Origin: Abditibacteriaceae bacterium
GTDB lineage: Bacteria > Armatimonadota > Abditibacteriia > Abditibacteriales > Abditibacteriaceae
DNA: 29,945 bases
Direction of reading: 5' to 3'
NCBI GenBank assembly: GCA_031425655.1
Contig: JANPJS010000262.1
Span: 1-29,945, forward strand
Of the stretch, positions 1 to 8,590 are shown piece by piece (positions within the stretch are counted from its first letter, which is position 1; the number at the start of each line of letters is the position of its first letter). The position numbers were made by a program, and so were the translations under genes. The notes below the pieces were generated by a model, which had not been told where the DNA came from, did no database searches, and saw nothing but the letters and a program-made list of their open reading frames with translations.

Positions 1-108
1 CGAATTACGAGTGACGAATTACGAGTGACGAATTACGAGTGACGAATTACGAGTGACGAATTACGAGTGACGAATTACGAGTGACGAATTACGAGTGACG
101 AATTACGA
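1..108 (+). repeat. Tandem array of 14-bp unit CGAATTACGAGTGA (two alternating heptamers), 7 full copies plus a partial; may continue left of the window
   Basis: Direct reading: unit repeats exactly at 1, 15, 29, 43, 57, 71, 85; partial at 99-108. Confidence 0.98.
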
Positions 109-112
109 AGTT

Positions 113-520
113 ATGAACTCTGGAATTCTGAAACCGCGCACCAAAGCTTTCGCTTTATCAATAATTCAGGTTGTTGGCACTTTGCCGCGAAGCTATGCTG
201 CTGATGTGATGGGACGGCAATTGGTGCGTTGCGCAACTTCGGTCGGAGCCAATTATCGCGCGGCGTGTCGTGCTAAATCTGCGGCGGATTTTATCGCCAA
301 AATGAAAATCGTGGAAGAAGAAGCCGACGAGTCCGTCTACTGGCTGGAATTATTAAGTGAAGGTGGATTTGCTTCCCCGGAAATAATTAAGCCTCTGTTA
401 TGCGAAGCAAATGAGATTGTCGCTATGACTGTTGCATCCATCAAAACCAAACGAGCGCATCTCGGTCACGAGCCAGCCCAAAACTCGTCACTCGTCACTC
501 GTAATTCGTCACTCGTATGA
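113..520 (+). CDS. Four-helix-bundle protein (23S rRNA IVP / TIGR02436-like, Avd-related fold)
   Basis: Motifs [52 protein letters not shown] are typical of the family. ATG at 113 is preferred over GTG 95, which lies inside the repeat. Stop overlaps guaA start (ATGA). Confidence 0.9.
   Translation: MNSGILKPRTKAFALSIIQVVGTLPRSYAADVMGRQLVRCATSVGANYRAACRAKSAADFIAKMKIVEEEADESVYWLELLSEGGFASPEIIKPLLCEANEIVAMTVASIKTKRAHLGHEPAQNSSLVTRNSSLV
483..517 (-). repeat. Five heptamers (ACTCGTC/ACTCGTA/ATTCGTC), reverse complement of the 1-108 array
   Basis: TCACTCGTAATTCG is the exact reverse complement of CGAATTACGAGTGA; array ends on the A of the guaA ATG. Confidence 0.95.
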
Positions 521-2064
521 ATCCAATTTCCAACGAAACCATCGTCGTGCTCGATTTCGGGGCGCAATACGCGCAGCTTATCGCGCGAAAAGTGCGGCAA
601 TGCCGCGTTTACTGCGAGATTCTGCCGTTCGATGCCACAATCGAAGAAATTCTCAAACTGAATCCCAAAGGCGTGATTTTTTCGGGCGGGCCGTCGTCGG
701 TTTACGAAACCGAAGCGCCGCGTTGCGCCGACGACTTATTCCATTCCGGCCTGCCGATTCTGGGCATTTGCTACGGGCATCAAGTAATGGCGCATATGCT
801 CGGCGGCAAAGTCACGCCGGCGGATAAGCGCGAATTCGGCAAGACCGAATTGATGGTCGAAAAGGACGCGCCGCTGTATAACGGTCTCAACCCGCGCTTG
901 ATTTCGTGGATGAGTCACGGCGATTATGTGTTGGAACCGCCGCCCGGCTTCGTGATGACCGCTTCGACGCACGCTTGCCCCGTCGCTTCGATGGCCGATG
1001 TCAAGCGCAAATTATTCGGCGTGCAGTTTCATCCCGAAGTCACGCACACGCCGTGGGGCATTGAGATTATCCGTAATTTTCTGTATGATTATTGCGGTTG
1101 CAGCGGGCAGTGGACGATGGAGAATTTCATCGAAACCGAAACGCGGCGCATCCGTGACATCGTCGGAAAAGATCAAGTGTTGTGCGCGCTGTCGGGCGGT
1201 GTAGATTCCGCTGTGGCCGCAGTTCTCATTGAGCGTGCCGTCGGTTCGCAGGTGACGTGTCTGTTTGTAAATCATGGCTTCTTGCGTAAAAACGAGGCCG
1301 AACAGGTCTGTCGCACATTTACCCAGCAATACGCTAATATTAACTTTCGTTATGTTGACGCTTCCGAGCAGTTTTTGACTTTGCTGCGCGGCGTGACCGC
1401 ACCCGAAGAAAAACGCAAGAAAATCGGCAACGAATTCGTGGCGACTTTCGACCGCGAAGTCAAGCAGATGGGCGAAACGAAGTTTTTGGCGCAGGGCACG
1501 CTTTACCCGGATGTCATCGAAAGCGGCACGAAATCCGCTGCGAAAATCAAAACCCACCACAACGTCGGCGGCCTGCCGGAAGATATGCAGTTCAAGCTCT
1601 TGGAGCCATTTCGCACCTTGTTTAAGGACGAAGTGCGTGCCATCGGCGAAGAACTCGGATTGCCTGCCGAAATGGTCTGGCGCCAACCTTTTCCGGGGCC
1701 GGGTTTAGCGATTCGCATTATCGGCGAAGTGACAGAAGACCGTCTGGCGATTTTGCGCGAAGCCGATGCGGTTTTAATCGAAGAAGTCAAGCGCGCCGGG
1801 TTGTATCGCCAAATCTGGCAGTGTTTCGTAGCCTTGCTGCCGACCGTCAATTCAGTCGGCGTGATGGGCGATCAACGCACTTACGCTCATCCGATTGTTC
1901 TCCGCGCGGTGACGAGCGAGGACGGCATGACCAGCGATTGGGCACGCATTCCTCACGACGTTTTAGAGCGCATCGCCAACCGCATCGTCAACGAAGTTCC
2001 CGGCATCAACCGCGTGGTTTACGATATTACTTCCAAGCCACCGGCAACAATTGAGTGGGAATGA
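517..2064 (+). CDS. guaA: GMP synthase (glutamine-hydrolysing)
   Basis: LDFGAQY, GICYG, QFHPEV (GATase), SGGVDS (PP-loop), KTHHNVGG, C-terminal KPPATIEWE. Confidence 0.99.
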   Translation: MNPISNETIVVLDFGAQYAQLIARKVRQCRVYCEILPFDATIEEILKLNPKGVIFSGGPSSVYETEAPRCADDLFHSGLPILGICYGHQVMAHMLGGKVTPADKREFGKTELMVEKDAPLYNGLNPRLISWMSHGDYVLEPPPGFVMTASTHACPVASMADVKRKLFGVQFHPEVTHTPWGIEIIRNFLYDYCGCSGQWTMENFIETETRRIRDIVGKDQVLCALSGGVDSAVAAVLIERAVGSQVTCLFVNHGFLRKNEAEQVCRTFTQQYANINFRYVDASEQFLTLLRGVTAPEEKRKKIGNEFVATFDREVKQMGETKFLAQGTLYPDVIESGTKSAAKIKTHHNVGGLPEDMQFKLLEPFRTLFKDEVRAIGEELGLPAEMVWRQPFPGPGLAIRIIGEVTEDRLAILREADAVLIEEVKRAGLYRQIWQCFVALLPTVNSVGVMGDQRTYAHPIVLRAVTSEDGMTSDWARIPHDVLERIANRIVNEVPGINRVVYDITSKPPATIEWE

Positions 2065-2068
2065 ACAG

Positions 2069-2124
2069 CAGTTTTGAATTTTGAGTGTTAAGTTGAATCA
2101 CTCAAAACTCAAAACTCAAAACTG
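2069..2124. repeat. Inverted heptamer repeat (TTTTGAR / CTCAAAA x3) forming a hairpin after guaA
   Basis: cagttttgaattttgagtg (2069-2087) versus cactcaaaactcaaaactcaaaactg (2099-2124). Confidence 0.85.
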
Positions 2125-2132
2125 GAGTTTTT

Positions 2133-2378
2133 ATGGCTTCGGCACACGAAGAAGACGTTGTAATCGCCTTTCGGCAAGCTGTTGAAGAACAAATGCGTAA
2201 AGCGCACTCAGGCGTAGCGCCGCACGCCGATGTTTTCGCGGGCGGCGCTGCTACCGAGGAAGTTGTGCGGCGCTTGGCCGAACAGCAAATCGAACTGGCG
2301 CGCGAAGTCGCGTTGCTGCGCACCATTGTATTGCGCCTTGTCTCTGAACCCGTTGATGCCTCTATTGGCAAAGCGTAA
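2133..2378 (+). CDS. Small hypothetical protein (81 aa, helical)
   Basis: GGAG ribosome-binding site at 2124-2127; fills the guaA-hpt gap on the same strand; no recognised motif. Confidence 0.6.
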   Translation: MASAHEEDVVIAFRQAVEEQMRKAHSGVAPHADVFAGGAATEEVVRRLAEQQIELAREVALLRTIVLRLVSEPVDASIGKA

Positions 2379-2411
2379 CACGCCTTATCTCCGAACTCAA
2401 AACCCTCGTCT

Positions 2412-3008
2412 ATGAACATGCTTCATCCGTTTCGCCCCGAACAACTTTCCTCCGATGTGCGGCCCTCAGAGGCGGATATTCAGTCCGTTTTGCTGTCTGC
2501 CGAGCAGATTCAGCATCGTGTCGCCGAACTTGGCGCGCAGATTTCGCGCGATTACGAAGGCAAAGACCCGGTTCTCATCAGTGTTCTGGTGGGAGCAGCA
2601 GTTTTTACCGCCGATTTGCTGCGTCAGATTACTGTTCCCTGTTTTCTCGACTTCGTGGCGATTTCCTCCTACGGTAAGGAATCGCGCTCGTCGGGCGTGG
2701 TGCGCATCCTCAAGGATTTAGAGGAAAGCGTCGAAAGCCGTCACGTTTTGATTATCGAAGACATCGTGGACACCGGCCTGACTTTGAATTATCTGCTGGA
2801 TTTGATGCGTCATCGCAACGTGGCCAGCGTGCGCAGTTGCGCGATGCTCGACAAGCCGTCGCGCCGCTTGACGGACGTGGCCTGCGATTACACCGGCTTC
2901 GAGGTGCCCGACGAATTTGTCGTCGGATATGGACTGGATTTTGCCCAACGCTACCGCAATTTACCCTATGTCGGCGTGTTGCGGCCCGAAGTTTATGGCG
3001 GCAAATAA
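2412..3008 (+). CDS. hpt: Hypoxanthine phosphoribosyltransferase
   Basis: PRPP-binding motif VLIIEDIVDTGLTL, SSYG, FVVGYGLDFAQRYRNLPY. Confidence 0.98.
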   Translation: MNMLHPFRPEQLSSDVRPSEADIQSVLLSAEQIQHRVAELGAQISRDYEGKDPVLISVLVGAAVFTADLLRQITVPCFLDFVAISSYGKESRSSGVVRILKDLEESVESRHVLIIEDIVDTGLTLNYLLDLMRHRNVASVRSCAMLDKPSRRLTDVACDYTGFEVPDEFVVGYGLDFAQRYRNLPYVGVLRPEVYGGK

Positions 3009-3189
3009 AATCCGATGCTGCGCCATAGCTTTTTATCGGTGTTGCGATATCTGACGATCTCGAACTTCTCTTTTGCGCGTTGCCGCGAGACCTTACTCCG
3101 CTTTCGATTTACTTGCAGATTACGTCCCTTGATTGACCTTTGACCCCCCACCATTCATTTTGCTATTGCTGTTTTGAGGTGTAGAAAAT

Positions 3190-5199
3190 ATGACCCAAGA
3201 AGAACGCTCGGAAATTTCCGGCGATGTTGATGTGTTGGAACAGGCGGCAGCCACGGCGGTTCGTGCGCCGCGTGCGCGCGTGTCGCCCAAAGAACGCGCT
3301 GCGAAAAAAGCCGCCGCCGTGCTGGAAATCGCAAGTCCAGCGAGCCAAGGGACCGGCGCAACACCGATTTCAGAAGAAATCAGTGCGCCGGCGCGAAAGG
3401 ATTCGGAGAACGGTTTCGCGTCGGAAAAGCACGTCGAAGTGCCGGTTGTCGAGGCAGCGGAACCTCAGCCGGCTTTGCCGTTCGTGCCGGTTGCCGCTGC
3501 GCCTTCGCCTCCGATGGTTGCCGAGATGCCCGAAGCTCCTGCCGAAAATATGAATCGCGGCGGCATCTATACGAATGTGCCCAATGAATCGCCGCGCGAA
3601 GAGCGGCCTTTAGAAAGTCGCGGCGTGCGCTTTCGCGGTCGTGAAGGGCGCGTCGAAGTGCGTCAGGGCGGCCCGCGTTTAATGCGCCGCGACGAAGTGC
3701 GCGAGCCGCGCGAAAACCGTGGCGACAATCGCGGCGATAATCGCGGCGACAATCGTGAGCCGCGCGAACACCGTGAAGGGCGCGACAATCGTGAGCATCG
3801 TGAACCGCGCGACAATCGCGGCGACAATCGCAGCTACGAAGCGCGCGGCGAAGAAGGCAATGGGCGCACGGGCAATCGCGAAGACCGCGACAAATCGCGC
3901 CTTTCCGAGCGCGACATCGTGCGCGGGCGCCAAGAGCTTGATCTGCCCACGCTCGAAGATAAAACGCTGTCGGAACTGCGCGATGTCGCCAAATTGCTGA
4001 ACATTTCTTCGGCGACGACACAAAAGAAAAGCGATCTGGTTTTTAAAATTCTCGAAGCGCAGGCGGAAAACTCCGGGCATCTTTTCAAGAAAGGCATTCT
4101 GGAAATTCTGCCGGATTTCAAAGGCTTTTTGCGCTGCGACGGCTATTTGCCGGGCAACGAGGACGTTTACGTTTCGCAAACGCAAATCAAGCGTTTCGGC
4201 TTGAAAACCGGCGACATGGTCACGGGGCAAGTGCGTCCGCCGAAGGATATGGAGCGGCACTACGGATTGCTGCGCGTCGAGGCCATTAACGGGGAAGTGC
4301 CGGATTTCTCGAAGGTTCGCAAGGAATACGAAAAGCTGACGCCGATTTTCCCGAATCGCAAGTTCACGCTCGAAACCACGCAGGAAAACATCACGGCGCG
4401 CGTCATTGATTTAGTGACGCCGATTGGCAAGGGGCAGCGCGGCTTGATTGTGGCGCCGCCCAAAGCCGGCAAAACAACTTTAATTAAAAGCATAGCCAAC
4501 TCAATTGCCGCGAATCACCCCGAAGTGGTGCTGATCGTGTTGCTGATTGACGAGCGACCCGAAGAAGTCACCGACATCGCGCGCAGCGTCAAAGGCGAAG
4601 TCGTGGCTTCAACCTTCGACGAAACGCCCGAAAACCATATGCGCGTGTCGGAAATGGTCTTTGAAAAGGCCAAGCGCATGGTCGAACAAAAGAAAGACGT
4701 GGTGCTTTTGCTGGATTCGATCACGCGCCTGACGCGCGCTTCCAACTTGGTCGTCAATCCGTCGGGACGCACTATGTCGGGCGGCATTGATCCGGCGGCG
4801 GTTTATCGTCCCAAGCGGATGTTCGGCGCCGCGCGTAACATCGAAGAAGGCGGTTCGCTGACGATTTTAGCCACCGCCCTTGTGGACACCGGCAGCCGCA
4901 TGGACGAATACATCTTTGAGGAATTCAAGGGCACCGGCAACTTGGATTTGGTGCTGGATCGCAATCTTTTCGACCAGCGTATTTTTCCTTCGATTGACAT
5001 CAACAAAAGCGGCACGCGCCGCGACGATTTGCTGCTCAGCAAAGAAGATTTAGCCGCGACGGTGCATTTGCGCCGCACTCTGGCCGCGCTGGACAACGAC
5101 AAGGCCATCACGCTGCTGATTGACCGCTTGAAAAACACCAAAACCAACGAAGAGTTCATTCAAATCGTGCAACGCTCTTCGCGTCAAGCGCAAAGCTAA
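3190..5199 (+). CDS. rho: Transcription termination factor Rho with a long N-terminal low-complexity extension
   Basis: [19 protein letters not shown] (P-loop), [31 protein letters not shown]-binding motif [21 protein letters not shown] upstream of start. Confidence 0.99.
   Translation: MTQEERSEISGDVDVLEQAAATAVRAPRARVSPKERAAKKAAAVLEIASPASQGTGATPISEEISAPARKDSENGFASEKHVEVPVVEAAEPQPALPFVPVAAAPSPPMVAEMPEAPAENMNRGGIYTNVPNESPREERPLESRGVRFRGREGRVEVRQGGPRLMRRDEVREPRENRGDNRGDNRGDNREPREHREGRDNREHREPRDNRGDNRSYEARGEEGNGRTGNREDRDKSRLSERDIVRGRQELDLPTLEDKTLSELRDVAKLLNISSATTQKKSDLVFKILEAQAENSGHLFKKGILEILPDFKGFLRCDGYLPGNEDVYVSQTQIKRFGLKTGDMVTGQVRPPKDMERHYGLLRVEAINGEVPDFSKVRKEYEKLTPIFPNRKFTLETTQENITARVIDLVTPIGKGQRGLIVAPPKAGKTTLIKSIANSIAANHPEVVLIVLLIDERPEEVTDIARSVKGEVVASTFDETPENHMRVSEMVFEKAKRMVEQKKDVVLLLDSITRLTRASNLVVNPSGRTMSGGIDPAAVYRPKRMFGAARNIEEGGSLTILATALVDTGSRMDEYIFEEFKGTGNLDLVLDRNLFDQRIFPSIDINKSGTRRDDLLLSKEDLAATVHLRRTLAALDNDKAITLLIDRLKNTKTNEEFIQIVQRSSRQAQS
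3700..3832 (+). repeat. Coding short repeats in rho (CGCGGCGACAAT-like) encoding RGDN / REPR repeats
   Basis: Protein reads [44 protein letters not shown]. Confidence 0.85.
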
Positions 5200-5231
5200 T
5201 AGTGCGTCCTGCGCGAAACCTTTAAATCGCT

Positions 5232-6041
5232 TTGGAACCGCATCACGAGCCGCAAAACTTGTCGGATGCTATGCCGGACGCTGGATTATCCGGCATTTCA
5301 GCGGCGATGGAAATCGCGGTCGTGGTGCCGACGCTCAACGAGCGCGAAAACATTGAGCCGTTGGTGCAGCAGATTCTCGCCGCCGACGCGCGATTGCACG
5401 TTATCGTGGTAGACGACGGCTCCTCCGACGGCACCGCGCAATGGGTGCAGGCTTTCGCCGATAGCCCCGCGCCCGCAGCATCGCGCGTGCATTTGATTGA
5501 TCGTGGCCGCAAATTGGGTTACGCTTCGGCGATTCAAGATGGAATGCGGCTGGCGCTGGAAAATGGCGCAGTCTGGATTCTGCAAATGGACGCCGATTTT
5601 TCGCACGACCCCAAATACCTGCCGGAAATTCTCTCCAAAATGGCGCGCGACAACTGCGATTTAGTGATTGGTTCGCGCTACGTTCCCGGCGGCGGCACGC
5701 GCAACTGGGGCATAGATCGCAAAATCATGTCGGCGGGCGCCAATAACCTCGCGCGGGCGCTGCTGGAGCTTCCTGCGCACGACTGCACAGCGGGATTTCG
5801 TTGCTGGAAGCGAGAACTGATCGAAAAATCCGGAGTTTTGGATGTTCAAGTGCAGGGCTACGCGTTTTTGTTTATGACGTTGTATCGCTGCGCCCAACTC
5901 GGCGCCAAAGTCGGCGAAGTGCCGATCATTTTCGTGGATCGCCAGTATGGCCAAAGTAAAATGAACCGGCGCATCGCCGTCGAAGGCGTGCGGGTTTTGT
6001 GGAAGCTGTGGTGGCAACATCTACATCGCAAGGATGTCTGA
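5232..6041 (+). CDS. GT2 glycosyltransferase, polyprenol monophosphomannose synthase (DPM1-like); true start may be ATG 5307
   Basis: VVVPTLNERENI, VVDDGSSDGT, QMDADFSHDP, IGSRYVPGG, EVPIIFVDRQYGQSKM. Confidence 0.92.
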   Translation: MEPHHEPQNLSDAMPDAGLSGISAAMEIAVVVPTLNERENIEPLVQQILAADARLHVIVVDDGSSDGTAQWVQAFADSPAPAASRVHLIDRGRKLGYASAIQDGMRLALENGAVWILQMDADFSHDPKYLPEILSKMARDNCDLVIGSRYVPGGGTRNWGIDRKIMSAGANNLARALLELPAHDCTAGFRCWKRELIEKSGVLDVQVQGYAFLFMTLYRCAQLGAKVGEVPIIFVDRQYGQSKMNRRIAVEGVRVLWKLWWQHLHRKDV

Positions 6042-6582
6042 ATTTCCCATGAAAAGCCTCTCTTTCTACGCTGCAACGCTGCTCATGGCCGGCGCCGCCG
6101 TGGCGCAGCCCGATTTAAAAACTGCACCCAAAGCTGTCAATCCACCGAATCGCAACACTGTAAATTTAGCCAACAGAGCCGAAAAGAAAGCCTTAAAAGC
6201 CGATTTGCAGCAGCGCACGGCCAAACGCATCGAACTCCGCTTGGAACGCTTGCCGAAAATTCTTGCGGCGCTGGGCATCACCGATGAAAAGACGCAGAAT
6301 AGCGTTGCCGAGCATTTTCGCACGGTTCTGACGGCGCGCAAACCTTTAATGGAGGCACAGCTTCAATTGCGTCACGCTTTGATCGTTAAAACAACCTCTG
6401 ACACGCAGTTCAAAGGCCTTCTGGAAGCGCAACGCGCCGCGCGCAAGGCTTATGAAGCCGCGTTTCAAAAAGCTCTGGATGATCTCGACGGAAAAATCGC
6501 CTATCGAAAAATGCCTCGTTTGGAAGCGGCATTGGTGGCCGCAGGCGCGTTAGACCCCGACGGTGTAAATACGATCCTTTGA
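6034..6582 (+). CDS. Secreted helical hypothetical protein (start possibly 6049)
   Basis: Signal peptide-like MKSLSFYAATLLMAGAAVAQ; overlaps the upstream stop; basic, helical. Confidence 0.75.
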   Translation: MSEFPMKSLSFYAATLLMAGAAVAQPDLKTAPKAVNPPNRNTVNLANRAEKKALKADLQQRTAKRIELRLERLPKILAALGITDEKTQNSVAEHFRTVLTARKPLMEAQLQLRHALIVKTTSDTQFKGLLEAQRAARKAYEAAFQKALDDLDGKIAYRKMPRLEAALVAAGALDPDGVNTIL

Positions 6583-6603
6583 CACGCCGTATCACGAAAA
6601 ACC

Positions 6604-6632
6604 TTGACGTGGGGCGGCTTCGCAGGTAACAT
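6604..6632 (+). promoter_or_regulatory. Sigma70-type promoter of the tRNA operon
   Basis: TTGACG (6604-6609), 17-bp spacer, TAACAT (6627-6632), about 50 bp before tRNA-Cys. Confidence 0.75.
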
Positions 6633-6680
6633 GGATTAGGCTTCCGGCAGGGAGTTGTTGAAAAGAGTTGTTGGAAATTT

Positions 6681-6751
6681 GGTCGCGTGGCCGAGCGGCT
6701 AGGCAGCGGACTGCAAATCCGTGAACATCGGTTCGATTCCGGTCGCGACCT
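6681..6751 (+). tRNA. tRNA-Cys (GCA), CCA not encoded
   Basis: Acceptor GGTCGCG/CGCGACC, anticodon loop CTGCAAA, T-loop TTCGATT, discriminator U. Confidence 0.97.
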
Positions 6752-6757
6752 CTGTAA

Positions 6758-6830
6758 AATGACGAGTTTAGAGTGACGAATGACAAGTGAGACATTGAAA
6801 CTCGTCATTCGTCACTCTAAACTCGTCATT
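6758..6830. repeat. 31-bp-arm inverted repeat of ACTCGTC-type heptamers between tRNA-Cys and tRNA-Gln
   Basis: 6758-6788 versus 6800-6830, one mismatch, 11-nt loop. Confidence 0.95.
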
Positions 6831-6835
6831 CAAAT

Positions 6836-6911
6836 TGGGGAATGGCCAAATTGGTAAGGCACCTGATTCTGGATCAGGAAATTCTAGGTTCGAGCCCTAG
6901 TTCCCCAGCCA
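6836..6911 (+). tRNA. tRNA-Gln (CTG)
   Basis: TGGGGAA/TTCCCCA acceptor, CCTGA-TTCTGGA-TCAGG anticodon arm, GGTTCGAG, encoded CCA. Confidence 0.97.
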
Positions 6912-6914
6912 AAT

Positions 6915-6983
6915 GAATTGAGAATGGAGAATGCAGAATTGAGAAGCCTAATTTCTCAATTCTGCATTCTTCATTCTTAATTC
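6915..6983. repeat. 31-bp-arm inverted repeat of AGAATNN heptamers between tRNA-Gln and tRNA-Glu
   Basis: 6915-6945 versus 6953-6983, two differences, both G-U compatible in RNA. Confidence 0.95.
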
Positions 6984-6989
6984 TGAGAT

Positions 6990-7066
6990 GGCCCGTTCGT
7001 CTAGAGGCCTAGGACATCAGATTCTCATTCTGAAGATCAGGGGTTCGAATCCCCTACGGGCTACCA
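6990..7066 (+). tRNA. tRNA-Glu (CTC)
   Basis: GGCCCGT/ACGGGCT acceptor, TCAGA-TTCTCAT-TCTGA anticodon arm, GGTTCGAATCC, encoded CCA. Confidence 0.97.
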
Positions 7067-7089
7067 AAGTGTATGTTAGTGTCGAACCA

Positions 7090-7130
7090 CTGCCTGCCGG
7101 CATCCTTGCCCGGCAGGCAGTTCGTTTTTT
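7090..7130 (+). terminator. Intrinsic terminator after the tRNA operon
   Basis: CTGCCTGCCGG / CCGGCAGGCAG stem followed by TTCGTTTTTT. Confidence 0.85.
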
Positions 7131-7155
7131 CGGTTTTTTCTGACTTGGGCAGGTG

Positions 7156-7395
7156 AAAAAACTGCATCACCTGAAAGCCGTCCATTTCCGGCATCATCAG
7201 GTCGAGCAAAATCAGGTCGGGCCGAAATTCATTGAAGAGAGTCACCGTTTCGCGCGGATCGGTAGTGCCTTTGACGTTTGGGTAGCCCCACGCTTCCAGC
7301 ATCCGTTCCAGAACCATTCCGTTGGCGAATTCATCGTCCATGATCAGGAATTTAGCCGCCCGCAAAAATTTGTCCGTTCGAGTCGTATCCGTCAT
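7156..7395 (-). pseudogene. Truncated receiver domain, paralogue of the N-terminus of the 7553-8590 regulator
   Basis: FLIMDDE...DPRE...RPDLILLDLMMPEMDGFQVM matches the neighbour; similarity stops at about residue 80, lacking the conserved T and KP; the remaining tail runs antisense over the terminator and tRNA end. Confidence 0.8.
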
Positions 7396-7552
7396 GGCCC
7401 AATCGTCTTCCTACCCCTTATACGATATTCGATATTCGATTCTGCATCAAAATGAGACGAACGGGTGGCCCGAACGCGGGCACGCAGCTTGAAACGCCAC
7501 CGCCGGGTTTCAGGCGACTCCACGGCGAGCAGACCATTCTCTCCCTGTCCAC

Positions 7553-8590
7553 TCAAACAAGGGTTTCGTGCGGCAGCGCCATGAACACGCGCACGACTTC
7601 GGGATCGAATTGGCGTCCGCTCTGGCGCGCGATTTCCGCCACGGCGTCGGCGACCGGCCATGCGCTTTTATAGGGACGCACGTGCGTCAGCGCGTCGAAA
7701 ACGTCAACGACCGCCACCAATCGCCCTTCGATGGGAATCGCCTCGCCCGCCAATTTTTGCGGATAACCCGAACCGTCCCAGCGCTCGTGATGCGCCAGTG
7801 CAATGCGGGACGCCAGTTGCAGAAGCGGCGTGTGGTGGCGCGCCAAAATGTGCCCGCCGATGACGGCGTGATCCTTCATGGTGGCGAATTCCTCGTCGGT
7901 CAGCTTGCCCGGCTTGAGCAAAATGCTGTCGGAGACGCCGATTTTGCCGACGTCGTGCAGCGGCGCGGCGCGGCGAATCAAATCCACGCGCTCTTTGGGA
8001 AGTCCCAGACACCGGGCCAGCAGCGCCGCCGTGTGGCCCACGCGCTGCGTGTGCTGGCCGGTGTCGTCGTCGCGGAATTCCGCCGCCAGCGCCAGACACT
8101 CGACGGTTTCATTCTCCGATTGCGCCAGTTCCGCCGTGCGTTCGTGCACCTTTTCATCGAGAATGCGGTTCTGGCTTTGAATATGAAGGTGCAGAAATCT
8201 CGTTTCGATCAGATTGGAAAGGCGCAGCGACAATTCGACCATGTCGAAGGGCTTGGTCAGGAAGTCCTTGGCGCCCACGGCCAGCGCTTTGTGCCTGGTG
8301 GGCACGGTGGTGTCGGCGGTCAGGACTAAAATCGGCAGATAATCGCCGTCCGCGATCAAAGGCCGCAATTGCTCCATGACCGTAAAGCCGTCCATTTCGG
8401 GCATCATCAGGTCGAGCAGCACAATGTCGGGCCGCAAGTCGCCAAAAAGCGCCGCCGCCTCGCGCGGATCGGTGGTGCCTCTGACGTTGAGGCAGCCCCA
8501 GTCCTTCAGCATTCGCTCTAAAACGCGCACGTTGGCCAACTCGTCGTCCACGATCAGAAAACGGGCATCTTTGAGATTCATTTGTTCCAT
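7553..8590 (-). CDS. Response regulator with HD-GYP phosphodiesterase domain (RpfG-like)
   Basis: REC (IVDDE, LLDLMMP, FLTKP) plus LHDVGKIG, HHERWDGSGYP, DVFDALT..RPYK. Confidence 0.96.
   Translation of the reverse strand: MEQMNLKDARFLIVDDELANVRVLERMLKDWGCLNVRGTTDPREAAALFGDLRPDIVLLDLMMPEMDGFTVMEQLRPLIADGDYLPILVLTADTTVPTRHKALAVGAKDFLTKPFDMVELSLRLSNLIETRFLHLHIQSQNRILDEKVHERTAELAQSENETVECLALAAEFRDDDTGQHTQRVGHTAALLARCLGLPKERVDLIRRAAPLHDVGKIGVSDSILLKPGKLTDEEFATMKDHAVIGGHILARHHTPLLQLASRIALAHHERWDGSGYPQKLAGEAIPIEGRLVAVVDVFDALTHVRPYKSAWPVADAVAEIARQSGRQFDPEVVRVFMALPHETLV

Noticed and set aside
1..108. Possible CRISPR array
   Set aside because: Units are 14 bp, contiguous and have no unique spacers; no cas genes in the window.
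113..520. Diversity-generating retroelement because of the Avd-like fold
   Set aside because: No reverse transcriptase and no template/variable repeat pair with adenine-specific differences seen; sequence left of the window is unknown.
3009..3189. Riboswitch or attenuator in the rho leader
   Set aside because: Pyrimidine-rich and compatible with Rho autoregulation, but no recognisable conserved RNA structure can be supported by eye.
7054..7155. C-terminal tail of the 113-aa ORF
   Set aside because: Read-through antisense to the terminator and tRNA-Glu end after the truncation point.
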